Of a stretch of DNA of 64,000 nucleotides, positions 28,301 through 42,917 are shown piece after piece (the first letter of the stretch is position 1; the number at the start of each line of letters is the position of its first letter). The notes beneath the pieces are model-generated. The model did no database searches. It saw nothing but the letters and a program-made list of their open reading frames with translations, and had not been told where the DNA came from. A program made the translations under genes and the position numbers. Origin of the DNA: Eledone cirrhosa (lineage: Eukaryota); assembly GCA_964016885.1 (NCBI GenBank), contig OZ024743.1, positions 193,502,001-193,566,000 on the forward strand, read 5' to 3'.

Positions 28301-31300
28301 GACAAAAGGGGTTATTGCCCTCTGCAGTGGGGGAGGGCCACCAACGATGGCCATAGCAATTTATTTGTGCCCTCAGCTGGGCTTTTTATTTTAAGGATGG
28401 TTAGAATTTTTGAATTTGATACCTGTATGTATAACTTTTCAATTCCAATTAACTTTGAGATGGAAAATTTTGGGATTGCTGTGTATTTTAATTTTTTGTG
28501 GATGAATCCCTTCATCAAAAGGTTAATAGAAGAAACTACTTCATAGTTGTATCTTTTTTGTCAATCTTAAGCTGCTATTTTAAAATTAGATATTTTACTA
28601 AATCCTTTTAAATTCTTAATTATGACTAGAAATCACAGGCAGCAGTACTTTCATTAGAACTATGGTAACGAAACGGTTAAACTAATTAGTCACTGAAATA
28701 TAATCAATTTTGTGTACTGGTAAAGTAGATCACATCACTTTCACATCTATTAAAATATCAAATAAGGATTAAGGCTTTGATTGCAGTTATAGGGATTAGT
28801 GTATTTATTGAAGTAATGGGGGTTAGTGACAAATAGAGATTACTGAGGTTTTTCTAGTAATAAGGGTTAGTACCCCTATTCCAGTAATATGGATTATTAT
28901 TACAGTAATAGGGGTTACTGACTATTGCAGAAATAGGGATTAGTACCTCATTTCAGTAATAGGGATTAGTACCTCTATTGCAGTAATCTGGATTATAGAT
29001 GTTATTTCAGTTATAAGGATTAGTATATCTATTGCAACAATAGGTAAGGAATACAAAGGATACTGTTCCTGTTCCTAAGAATTCTTTGTAGAAATCATTC
29101 CAGTTTGAAAATCAATAATAAATATGCTCTTTGCTTCCCAGCTGTTATTTTGTATAACTTCAATTTACTATTGCAGAAAATAAAATGCTTATCTTTCGAT
29201 TAATCTCCCAGTAATATGGAATGAATTGAAGTCACCAGGGCAAAGACTACGTGATAAACTGTAGAATTCTTAGAAACTATCTACTACATCTTATTTTTGT
29301 TTCGATTTGGATGTTCCATCTATTATTTTTTTTCCAAAAACATCATCTGTTATTGCATGGTGAATGAAATGAAGGCAGTGAAGCATATGTAACAATTTCC
29401 ATTTCATAAAAGTTTTAATCAGTATAAATTCATACTTCATGCTTTCCTAGATAACAGACAGATTTTAATTTCTAGATTATCAACAAAGAATTTTAAAATA
29501 TCAAATTTATTCATGTTACATTGTGAATATATTTTTCTTGAAATAAAGAATAAAAATATACTAACCTGAGCCAGAGCAGAATGGCGCTGCCAAATAGGGA
29601 TTACTGTGTCCATAGCAGTAATAGTCAAAGAATAAGATGGATATTTTTCCCGGTCCAGAGAATGGTTTACAGAAATTATACCAGTTTGGGGATCAATAAT
29701 ATAATGAGCTTCTTGGTTCCCACCTGTTATCTTGTAGATCAATTTACTATTGATTCCTAAAATTGAAATGAATACAAGAAATGGTAATTTTTAGTTTAAT
29801 TTATCAATAATATCAAATTAACTGAAGTCACCAGACTGAAATGGCACCTAGAATATACCATTCAAGTGTACACTTTGAATATATAACTAAAATTTCAGTA
29901 AGGTAGAATATTATAAGTTACTTGTAATATTCAAAAATACTGGTATCATAAGAAAAATCATCCAGTCTACACTATAAGGTGGCCATGCTGGTGCCCCCAT
30001 CCGATAAAAAACAGTTCACACTGTAAGGTGGCAGTGCTAGTGCCCTCCCCCTGCACAAAAAAAAAAAAATCACCCAGTCCAGCCTGTAAGGTGGTAGTGC
30101 CAGTATCCCACCCCAAAGTTACCCAGTCCAGCTTGTAAGGTGACAGTGCTAGTGCCACAACAAAAAGCACCTAGTCCATGCTGTTAGGTGATTGGCACTA
30201 GGAAGAGCATCCAACTGACTCCTTGCCTTACCCTCATTCTCCACTGGCACACAGCTGGACAACGATAGCCTGTGCATCGGCGTTTCCCTCAGGCTTGGCC
30301 TCCGGATCTGCGAGCCACACAAATGTCACTACGGATCCACCGTAGACCCTTTCGGCCTCCGCTCACTTTCCAGTGCCGGCCACCTTCCACGCCATGCTGC
30401 CCTCAACAAAGTCATTAAGCATGGCTTGGATGCTGCTGGCTTCCCCTCCCAAGCTCGGGCCGGTGGAGCTGGACCGAGGGGACAGCAAGAAGCCAGCCGG
30501 TAAGATCATCTTCCCATTCCGCAGTGGCAAACCCCTCGTCTTCATACCACTTGCACCGACACTTGTTCCAGCCGCAACCTGGTGCAGTCTACTACTAACC
30601 CAGGTTCTGCTGTACTTCGGGCTGAGGAGGGCAAACTCTCGAAGTACCGGTCGCTCTCTGACAGGTTTGCGGTCATGCCCTTCGTAGTGGAGACTTCTGG
30701 TGTCCTTGGCCCTAGGGCTACCTTCCTAATCACCACCATAGGCACTGAACTGGCCAGCTGCAGGTGTAAGCCTCGTGAGATGGAATGGCTCTTGCAGGGC
30801 ATCCCCCTTACCATCCTCTGGGGAAACGTCTTCTCCATTCTGTCCGCTGGGGCTGTGGGGTGGCCAGCACATGGGACCCCATTTGCTCACAATACATAGA
30901 GATGGGGAGAGCAAGAGAGATGGAGGTGATGACAGTGGGATTTCGGCTCTTCTGTGTTTGGACACCACCTGTCATGTGGATCATGTGATATTTTACCACT
31001 CTTTCCTTTACGATCATTCATCCATTTTCGGTTTAACATCCTGTCTATCTCATGCAAGTATGGAAAACAGGTGTTAAACGATGATGATGGTGATGATGAT
31101 GGTGAAATCTGAAGATTTTTATAACCTTCACAGTGAGAAAATATAAAATTAAAGGAACTAAGATGAAGCTACCTGTAAGCAAATTTACACCAATAACAGT
31201 TCATTCAGTCAGTGCCACTGCAGCAAGACATGAGTAAAAGCCTTTCCTTTCCCCCACAATGTAATTACACCTAGTTTACTTTAAATCAAGTTTTCAAATT

Positions 31301-34300
31301 AAATATTTCATTCATATCAAATCATCATTATCCTCATCATCATTTTTAGGTCTGCTTTTCCATGCTTGCAGAGATGAAAAATGATGAAAAATTATTTAAA
31401 ACAAAAACTCTTCTCCACTGCTATACAAATCATGCATATACACATCTGTTATTAATAAGACTAAAATTTGTTTTCAGATAGAAAAATACAAAAACATTTG
31501 TATATTACCTAATTTTAGACAGAGTGTGTACAGAATATTACATTGTTTTGCATAAAATATATTTTTTCTTCTTCTCTATCCAGGTCTTAAACCAAGCATA
31601 AATATAACGAAATTAGTTATTTGAACTTAACTGTGATGTGATTCAAGTTGTTTGGGAATCTTTTTTCAAGCAACAGCAAATTTAAACAAGGGTCATCGAC
31701 TTTTTATGCTTTATTGGCCAGTCTTCATGTACAGTATTTCGTTTTTATTTTTTAATCATGTTCACAGCCAATAGAATTCTATTTGCTCGTATGCACCAAA
31801 ATATTTCTTAAATGATTTTATGGAAGGAAAAATAATTGTTATGACAGCATGTCTTTCCTCAATTCATTATAATATCGATAGTCTAAAAATATTGTAATAC
31901 ATATATGATTTATGTACATAAGTCACAACAAAAAGCACTACTGTAAAGTGGTTGTGTAGCTGTCACAACAAAAAGCACCCAATCCACAATGTAAAGTGGT
32001 CGTGTAGGTGTCATGAAAAAAAGCACCCAGTCCACAATGTAAAGTGGTCGTGTAAGTGTCATGACAAAAAGCACCCAGTCCACACGGTAAAGTGGTCATG
32101 TAGGTGTCACGACAAAAAGCACCCAGTCCACACGGTAAAGTGGTCGTGTAGGTGTCACGACAAAAAGCATCCAGTCCACAATGTAAAGTGGTTGTGTAGG
32201 TGTCATGACAAAAAGCACCCAGTCCACACTTTAAAGTAGTCATGTAGGTGTAATGACAAGAAACACTCAGTCCACAATGTAAAGTGGTCATGTAGGTGTC
32301 ACAACAAAAAGCATCCAGCACACACGGTAAATGTAGTTGACATTAGGAAGGGCATCTAACTGTAGAAATCAAGCCAAAAGCAGTTCTGTTTGAGCAAGGC
32401 ATGGTTACCTGACCTTGAATTTCTCACAACAGTATAACTCGTTTAACCCATGCTAGCATGGAAAAATGGACATTAAACGGTGATGACAATGGTGATGAGG
32501 ATGATAGAATTTATATAAACTATATAAATTCTGTATCAAACATTAGGTAATTCTTAATATGAACTCTAATGATTGATAACATTTTATTATGTCAATCAAG
32601 TTTTAAATCATTATCGCTCTGATCGATCGACAAGATCCCAGACATCATTTGCTTGCTGAGTGGTGTGGATCTCATAAAATCGGATAAAGAAATAATGTTT
32701 CCATTGGTCTTTCCATTGCTGATACAGCTACCAGTCGCAACTCCTGGCAGAAAGAGCAACGGGAAAAATAAAGTGTCTTGCTCAAGGATACAACGCCTCA
32801 CCTGGTCGGTAAGTGACTCTTTTTATTAGTAATAATTGTTTCTACTTTAGGCACAAGGCTAGCAATTACCCAGTGCATTACTGGTACTTTATTTTATCGA
32901 CCCCGTAAGGATGAAAGGCAAAGTCAACCTCGAATAATGATACCCTACCTTTCTTTTTATTCAGAAGTTGTTTAGCTTTATGTCAAACTTATGATAAAAT
33001 TCATTCCAGCCATGCCCATCATGTTTATTTGATTATAAGTATATTTAAACTGAGGCCGGTAAATTGGCAGAGTCATTAGAATATTGGATATAATGTTTTG
33101 TGGAATTTGTTTCACATCTCTGTTCTCTGCGTTGAAATTGTGTCAAGTTCAACTTTGCCTTTCATCCATTTGAAGTTGATAAATAAAGTACAAGTTTACT
33201 ACTGGTGTCGATTATTCCTTTATCTGTATTTCTCATTTCCTCTCTGTCTGTTTGTCTCTTTTTTTTTTTTTTGAAAGAAATTGGCTATATAGATTATGAT
33301 GTCTAGGAGTTCTTCTAAAGTGTGATTAAAGGACAGTTTGGCTGCTATTTCTTGCATATCACATGGCTAGGTAGATATTTATTTGCTCATTAGTTTGTGA
33401 CTGAGATGCTGAAAATGCTGGATACTAAAGTAGATACAAAGAATGTAAATGTAGGAAGTATGAAATATATTTTGTTTACATGTTTACATGTTTGATGGTT
33501 GGTATTTTCTTCTGGCAAATTGAAATCATCCATTCCAATTGAAATTTGCTGTAAATTTGTTGGCAAAAAGCAATATTAATGCATCTTAACATACAATTAG
33601 CTTAACTCAGACATTTGTAATGAATGAAATTATCATAAATGTATTGATCTTACACTCAATCACATTACAGAAATGATTCTATGTGTAACAAAGTGACCTC
33701 CAAACATTTTAATATCATCAGGTGCTGTTTCATTTTTGAAAGATTAAAAATAGAAAGAATTCTTGCCTTTCAATGTTTGGTGCAAAGAAAATTAGTTTAT
33801 CAGTAAATATAAAAATGGCAATTTTGTTATCAACGAAGGTTGGCTTATTTACTTTGAAAAACAAAACAACAAACCCACGTAAAACAAAGTTAACTCTCTT
33901 AAATTGTATAAATTTCAAAACCAATAAATGATATGCTTTCATATTATTAATGTCATTTTACTCATGGGAAACTGTCATCCATTTTCGTATAATTTTATAA
34001 AACAAGACATAGTAAACAATTGCCTTTTATAAACCAGCAACAAATAACTGCTCGTCATAGCCATGATAAGAGCTGTTGAAAAACGCATCCATCTTTAAAT
34101 TGGTCTTATTACTGCAGATATTATATAATAGTTAGTTGAGAATAACACTAGACAGTTATGTTTTCTGACACATACTGTTGTTGCTGTTGTTGTTGTTGGA
34201 CTTCCATTGGTCTTGCTTGTCATAGCCATGATATAAGCTGTCGAAAAATTCATCCATCTTTAAATTGGTCTTATTACTGCAGATATTATATAATAAGGCA

Positions 34301-37300
34301 GTGAATTGGCAGAGTTGTTAGAACGTTAGATAGAAGGCACTGCAGTATTCATTTTGGCTCTCTGAACATTCCGAGTTCAAAACTTGCTGAAGTCAACTTT
34401 GCTTTTAATCCATCCATTCAAGATCGATAAAAAAAAGTACCAGTCAATTATTGGGTCGACTCTTCCTCTATATCTATTTCTCACTTCCATTCTCTCACTC
34501 TCTATTCTTCCCAGGAAGAAATCTGCTGTATTCAGAACTAGAAAGGAGATAGGCTCTGCCAAGTTTAAAAAATGTCCAAGAAATGCTGTATGTCAATACT
34601 GTGCCTCTATGAGTCCCTCAGGAGTTATGAGACCAAGCTGGCATTATATAATAGTTAGTAGGGAATAACACTAGAGAGTTATATGTTTTCTGACACACTG
34701 TTGTTGTTGTTGTTGTTGTTGTACTTACATTGGTTCTGATGATGAATGCTCCAGTTGATTCAACCAATGCAGTTTCCTGCTAGTGAAATTAACATGAAAG
34801 TTACTGAGCATTCCACAGACATGTGCATCTATAAACTATTTCACAGGGATGGGGAGATTCAGTGTGACACAATGTGTAGCAATGTGAAATAAAGTGTCAT
34901 GCTCAATGATCCAACATGTAGCTCAGTCTGGGAATTGAACTCATGATCTTATGATCATGAGCTGAACACATTTACTATAAAGTCATGTACCTTCAGAGAC
35001 ACATACACAAATAATGGTTCCTGATTTAGGTACAAGGCCAACAATTACTAGTGCTTTATTGTATTGTCCCCGTAAGGATTAAAGGCAAAGCTAACCTAGG
35101 TGGGATTTGAACTCAGAACGCAAAGGGCATAACTCTGCAAAGCATGGTTTCTAATGCTCTACCGATTCTACCAATCCACCACTCTTCATACACAAATAAA
35201 TGATAATGTTATGGATATTCATTTGATGACAAAAAAAAAAAAGGCTATGAAACATAATAATTACCTTTCATAGGTAATGTACCATCAGATAATATTTGTC
35301 AACATTTCTTAACAAATTATTCTTTTAGTAGAAGAAGAAGAAAAATGATTTGCTTTTTGTATTAGTTGTAAAGCTATAAGATTTTCTGTAAACAACATGT
35401 CCATTTGCAGAATGTTGTACATCAAAGTCTGAATAGTCAATCAGTTAAAACAATTGCAATTGTAATTATTGTCTCATATAAGGCGACAAATTGTCTGCCT
35501 CATGTTTTAAGTAGAAAAAAATAATTAAGGAGACTAGAGACAGTAAAATAAGGAAAGACATACTTCAGTGAGGTTTTAAGTTGTAATATTTGAATGAATA
35601 GGTATAGTGCCATAGATGGTAAATTGACAGAGTCATTAGAATAGCAGATAGATATTTGTTCCAGCTTTCTGCATTCTGAGTTCAAATCTTGTCAAAGATA
35701 ACCTTGCTTTTCATCCTTTCAAGGTCAAGAAAAGAAGTACCAGTTCAGTACCAAGGTTGATTCTTCTTCTATATCTCTTTCTCACTCTGTCTCTCTCCTT
35801 GTCCAGAAGAGCTGGGATGTGTTCAGACCTGGAGAGGGATGGGCTCCACCAGGTTTAACCCTTTAGCATTTAAACTGGCTGTATCTGGCCAGAATTCTCT
35901 CACCTCTTTCTGTTCAAACCAGCTGTAAGTGGCTGCTCATACAGATGTTAAGGTATTGTTTTCAAAATAAATAATAACAAAATCTCATAGATGCACTATT
36001 ATGTGAGGTAAAACCTTTACTGTGAAAATACAATAGAGTAATGTAAATGTTAAAGGGTTAAAATGCCCAAAGACAACACTCATATAACACCATCAGGAGT
36101 TACAGGTCCAGAGATACATATACTCTTTCATATGTGTGCATTGAGACTGAATTTGATGGTGAAGCTGGTTGTGAGATGTTAAATTTAACAACAAGGCAGC
36201 TAATATTAGAACCAAGTGTGGTGGATTAGTAAAATTGGTAGAGCATCAGATAAAATACCCTTGCAGTATTTATCCTGGCTCTTTACATTCTGAGCTCAAA
36301 TCTCACTGAGGTCAACTTTGCCTTTCATCCTTCTAGGGTCAATAAAATAAAGTAACTGTCAAAGACTAGGATGTAGAAAATCATGACACTCCTATCACTC
36401 TCAAATAACAAATTTTCCAAGACAATGTCTACAACTGTATGTTGGATTTTGTGAAAAGCTTTCACCAAACAAAGGTTTTTTTTTCTCAGTGTTTTTGCAA
36501 CAGTTTAACTAGGAATATATAATCTATTCATTTCAATGGCATTTTGTATTAGCTTGCTATAAGCCAGAGTAAATCAAATTAAATGTTATATTTTAAACAG
36601 ACTCAAATATCAAGTTTCATACTGTATCTAAGTGTAAAAAAAGAAACAGTCAATTCACTAGTATCATGATGACAAAAGGTAAAAATTGAATTATACTTTT
36701 AAATAACGTATCTGGTGTTAAATTACTGAAGCTTCTGAAAAATTAAAGATTTGTAACGAACTAAAAGTTGATGCTGTCAAAATATAGTCGTAATCTGTTA
36801 TCATCACTGACAGTTATATGACTGCAATCTTAACCCCTTTCATACCAAACCACCTAAAACTGCTCTGGTTCTAACTGTTTATATTTATCTAAAAACCTTC
36901 TATTATAATTTTATGTAAAGAACTTTGTTAAATGTACAGATGTATGAGGCATATTGATTTCTATATTTTTAGTTTATAGTCATGTAAAAATGCCAAATAC
37001 ATATTTCCTATTCCAATGACTGAGATACTTCACCTCAAAATAACATCTATCATTGTCTTAACAAGTGCATGTATGCGGTGATGTTCTCTCTCTTTCACTC
37101 ATTACCTCCATCTCTCTCGCTCTCCCCATCTCTCACTATTATAAACAAATGGGAGCCCACATGCTGGCCTCCATGGTCTCAGCAGACAGAACAGAGATCT
37201 GAACATCAGTTTAATAATGAGAATGTTATATTATAAAATCTCTTAAAATTCTTGATTATTTTCACAATTATTTGAAAACCATAGGTAGTGTCTTTCATTA

Positions 37301-39267
37301 GAAATATGATAACAGAATACCCTAACTACTATGCCATGCAAATTCACTTGTTAAAAATAAAATTAATCCATATTTTTATATATTTCTTTTTAATGAAGTG
37401 CATTAGAAATATGGAAGTAGTTCATCTTAAAAAAAAGCTATTCTAAAGTTTGAATAATTCCTAGAGCATTTAGTACAATGGTATTCTCAACATCAAGTGG
37501 TAATGTCTTGAGAGCTTGAATAACAAATGGTCAGAGCCATTGGAACTTGTGTAAAAAAATGGAAGATTCCAAACTTTTTTCCACTATATACCTAGGGCAA
37601 TATATTTAGCAGCTTCATGCAACACTCTATTGAATAAAAAAAAAAAGACCAAAGAAAATAGTTCTATTCAAAGAAAAGAAAGAAAAATATTCATAGCTAC
37701 TTAGTACATTTGAGAAAAATCAATAAACTTCTTACATTAGAACTGTTTTTAAAAGTAATTTCTAAACAACTGTTTAGCAAACTGATTTTATATTCTAATT
37801 GAAAACACAGATAATGTTTTGCTTTTACAAATTAGATATTTTTCAAAAGCAGAACTTGAAGAAGCATTTAAAACTGGAAAGAGAAATTAGTTGAGAACAA
37901 AGTAAACATATATGAAACATATTATCATAAGATCAAATAATATCTAATCAATAACCGAGATGTAATCTGGTAAATGACATATTTACCTATGCTAGCAAAG
38001 CTAGAATGGTCCAGAAAACATTTAGCTACTTAGCCAATGAATTGTTAGTGCAAAATGCATTTATTTATTGATGAGCTCTTTCACATTAACTATTCAACTA
38101 TGAGAAAGGAACCACACTTATTTTCAGTCTAGCTGATTAATATTTTTTCTTTAACTCATTTGATACTAACACAGCTGAAACTCCCTCTAATCCTATGATT
38201 TAAAACTTTTCACTTTAAAGTGTTGATATTTAACCCTTTAAAGGGTTGTACATTGACAGACTTGGTACAGCATCAGATAAAATGCCATTACAATATTTGT
38301 TGATGGTCTTTACATTGAGCTGGTGATCTTTGTTTCAGTAATCCAGCATTGTAACCTTACAAAGCAAAAAAATTATCATAACTCATATGCAAAATGTTTT
38401 AACTGAAAATCTGCTATTACTTCATAAAGAATAGAAACTCTGCCAAATATTATGAAATCTTGACTCTATAACGTTTCCTAATGTTACTCTGCAACAATTC
38501 TCTCATACTCTATAACAAGTGTTTTACGGCCATCTTCCCAGTTAAAGCAAGGGTTAGCCTTGTGGGCTCCATGATAAACTTCTTAATTTTTCCTATTCAC
38601 CAATCTCCTAGCCTTTGTTTCCTCCTCCATAGCTATGACTTGGTTTTCCCCTTCTATTTCCTCCCACAGTCATTTCTCTCATTCCTCCAACCCAATCATT
38701 TTCATCCTTTCTCAACACATGCCCCAATCATCTCATTCCATTTCTCTTCACAATATTCATCACATAAACATTTATTTAAAGGAGAATTATATTGTTCCCT
38801 ATGTGATATCTGATCAAACATATTTAAAATTAAAGATATTTGCAATCGGAAATCAGCAGAAAAACCCATTAAATAGAAAAATCAGATAAAAATATAATAC
38901 TAAAGCTGTTAGTTCTAACATTATATCTTAAACAATAGGCTGCACAAAAAATTGTATAATAATATATTCATATGTGCAATCATAATGAAAAAATTAAGAA
39001 TGAATACTTTGTTCTAAATTTGTTCTCACTTTTCCATATAATGAAGAGATCTGATGATAAACTGACTCAAAGATTCTTTTGTTGATATTTCCTATACTAA
39101 ACTTTAAACAGAGTAAATTTACTGGAAATCTATTCATTTTGCAGACTTAGTTCTGTTTACCAATAGAGGGCGAAATTAGCACTTTGCCCTCATCACATGA
39201 GAGCTATCTCTAATCAGGGGAGGCTACCAAAACTGCTCTCTGTGAAATTCTTAATTCTGTTGTTGTA

Positions 39268-39307
<40 letters not shown>

Positions 39308-42300
39308 TACATACACACACATATATATATATATGTGTGTGTATATATAATTATATACACACTCATATATATAAGCACATAAAATCTGCTGGAGATAAAA
39401 ACTTTGAAACAATAGATACTACTAGTGTCAATTAACCAGATTATTTACTTAATTCTTATCTCCTGTACTACATGAAACTGCATTAGCAAGAGATTGTTGA
39501 AATGTATAAAACAGCAATATGACTATCACATTAAAAAGTAAAGTCTATACCCTAATACAGCTAACTTTCACTACATTTTATCTATTAGATATTATAAACA
39601 TTTGAATTAACAAAAATGTATTTTAGTCCATCCCTCTCCAGGTCTGAACATAGCCGATTTCTTCCAGAAAATGATAAAGTGAGGATAATAGAGAGAAAGA
39701 GATGTAGAGGAAGAATTGACCACAGTACGGGACTGGTACTTTTTTATAGACCTTGAAAGTATGAAAGGAAAAGTAGACCTTGGTGGGATTGGAATTCAGA
39801 GAGCAGAGTGAGAACAAATACCACAGGGCATTCTATTTGATGATCTAACAACTCTACCAATTCTTCCTCCCACCTCCAGTACATCTTCTTTGCCCACTTA
39901 TTCCTGAGAGGGTCATGGGGGCAGAGTCCTCAAACACTCCTTCCAGCAGATCCTGTCAGAAGCAACCATCTCCAACTGATCCAGCTGGATCCCCAAGTGA
40001 AGCCAGCCAAGCTCACAGATGCCATCCAACCATCTTGCTTGTGATCTACCACTGGGCCTCCTGCCAGTTGGTTTTGTGAATAAAATATGTTCATCGATTC
40101 TTTCCCTGAGACATTCTAACCTCGTATTCATAGTATCAGAGCTGTGATCTTTCAATTCGGAGTAGTAGCAGCTCTACCTGGAGTGACTCTCTGATCTCCG
40201 AGTTATGCACACTGACGAGTAATCATCATCATCATCATCACCGTTTTACATCCGTTCTTCCACGCTAGCATGGGTTAGACGGGTTGTCCTGTTGTGGGCA
40301 GTGTCTGGTCGGCTGACCATGCCTTGCTCATACAGGAACTGATTTGGCTGGATTTCTACAGCTGGATGCCCTTCCTAACACCAACTTCATTTACAGTGAG
40401 TGCTGGGTGCTTTTGAGTGGCGCCTACATGTCCACTCTACAGTGTGGGCTGGGTGCTTTTTTGCCGTGGCACCTCCACGACCACCTTGAGGTGGGGGATG
40501 TGGGGGCATATTGTCTATATGCTTCAGCTTGTACCCATGGAGGTCGGGTACTCTGTATTACTGCGTGACGCCAGAGGTCACGGTCGTGTGTCATTGCCTT
40601 TGAGGTGTAATTGGGTAAGGTCGGCTTTTATCACCTCATCCCAGGTCATCTTGGGTCTCCCCACTCCGTGGTTTCCATCGACTTCTAGTGCTCTGCACCT
40701 TTTTATGCAGCTGTCATCCTTCATACGCATCACATGTCCATACCAGCGCAACTGCCTCTCCTGCACACACCATTTGATTCCTCTTATGCTTAGTCTCTCT
40801 CTCAATTCATTTATGCTTTGTCGTTCACGTATATTACTGTTACACATCCATCGGAGCATGCATGCTTCGTTTCTCTCTAATCTACGTAAGTCTTCCACCT
40901 TCAGCGCCCAGGTCTCACTACCATGCAACATTGCTGTTCGGATACACGCATCATACAGTCTGCCTTTCATTCTGAGGGAGAAGCCTTTTGCAGCTAGCAG
41001 TGGTAGTAGTTCCCTAAACTTCTTCCATCCCGTTCTTACCCTAGTTATTGTACTTTCTGAACACCCACCTCCGCTGCTAATTCGGTCACCTAGGTAGCAG
41101 AAGCTGTCTACTGTTTCTACAGAGCCCTCCCAGAGATTGGTGGTACTTGTTTCCTGTGGCTGTTTGCTGCTTGCTGTCCCAGCACAGCTGCTGCATGTGA
41201 AGCCTACATTCTTAATTAAGCTTCCTGAGATCCCGCTACATCTCTTGTGTACCCATTGTTTGCATTTGGGGCAGAGAATGGAGTTCCTACCTACACCTTT
41301 CCTACATACTGAGCAAGGCCATTTCCCTGAGGGGATCTGGGTTCTGTTTTCTCGTCTACTTACAAGGACCTTAGTCTTTGTCATGTTGACTTTGAGACCC
41401 TTTCTTTCTAGTCCCTGCTTCCAAGTTTGGAATTTCTTCTCTAGTTCTACCATAGATTCAGCTATGAGTGCAAGGTCATCAGCATACAGGAGTTCCCATG
41501 GGCATCCGGTCTTAAACTCCTCCGTTATTGCCTGCAGGACTATGATGAACAGGAGGGGGCTAAGAACAGAGCCCTGGTGGACCCCAACCTGTACGCTAAA
41601 TTCCTCGCTATACTCATTGCTAATCCTAACTTTGCTGACTGCTCCCCTATACATGGCTTGTACCGCTTTCACAAGCCATTCATCTACTCCTAGTTTTCTA
41701 AGAGCCCACCAGATTACAGCACATGGAACTCTGTCAAAGGCTTTCTCAAGGTCGACAAATGCCAAGTAGAGTGGCTTACCTTTAGTTAGGTACTTTTCCT
41801 GTAACTGCCTCACAAGGAAGAGGGCATCAGTGGTGCCTCTTCCTGGTACAAACCCAAATTGCATCTCGTCTATTTTCACCCGGTCCCTAATCAACTGTGC
41901 TATAACTCTTTCTGTTACTTTCATGACCTGGTCCATCAACTTTATACCTCTATAGTTTCCTCTATCTAGTGCATCGCCTTTACCTTTGTAGCAGTTGACA
42001 ATGATGCTACTGCACCAATCTTTTGGTATGACACCTTCTAGTATTACCTGGTTAACAATACGTGTGGTTATAGTGTGACCTACAGACCCAGATGCCTTCA
42101 GCATCTCGGCAGCTATACCCGATGGACCGGTTGCCTTCCCCATCTTCATATTTTTGATTGCCTTACTTACTACATTGCTGCTGACTTGTACTGCTGGCCC
42201 CTCTATAGGGTCTACTTAGGGTAGGGTCTCTTCTTCCCATGCATTCTCCTCATTTAGTAATCTATCATAATGACTCTTCCATGCATCTTTCTTCTCAGCA

Positions 42301-42886
42301 CTTGTGAGGGCAAGGTCACCTTTATCATTCCGGATACACTTCTCTCCAATTACATCACAACTATCTCTGACACACTGCCTTGCAATCTTGAACACCTCCT
42401 GTTTCTGGTCCTCACGTTGCAAAACATGCTTGAATTTTTTATCCTCTGCTTCCCTCCTAGTTAAGTATACTTGTCGCCTAGCTTCCCTCTTGGTCTACTC
42501 CCCAAAATATATATTAAAATCTAAAATAAAAAGACAGAGCAATGGAATGACCCTTACCTGTGTCAGCATCTGAAGCATAAACAGCAATGGCAGATGTTCC
42601 AATTGTTGCATTTTCATAGATTGCAGTGGTATAAGAACTTGGACTGAATATAGGACCATTGTCATTAATATCTTTGATGTTCATGTAAATAGTTACAACA
42701 GAACTTTTAGGATCTGGTCCATGATCTTTAGCACTCACTACAAGAGTGTATAATTGAACCTGAAATTAAAAAAAAAAAAATAGAATAGAAAAACGGAAAT
42801 AAAAACAATGATGATGATTATGATAATTTCAAGCAAACATTGTAAAGGCAATATCAAAAATAAAACTACATTTATAAATAAAAAGC

Positions 42887-42917
<31 letters not shown>

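Noticed and set aside
31922-32330. CRISPR-like or Cys-rich repeat protein
   Set aside because: Contiguous tandem units with no unique spacers, derived from a retroelement UTR; eukaryotic context with no cas genes
40417-41769. Antisense ORFs over RTEs (also 52488-53603 and 60927-62600)
   Set aside because: Shadow frames of the RT coding strand with no recognisable motifs
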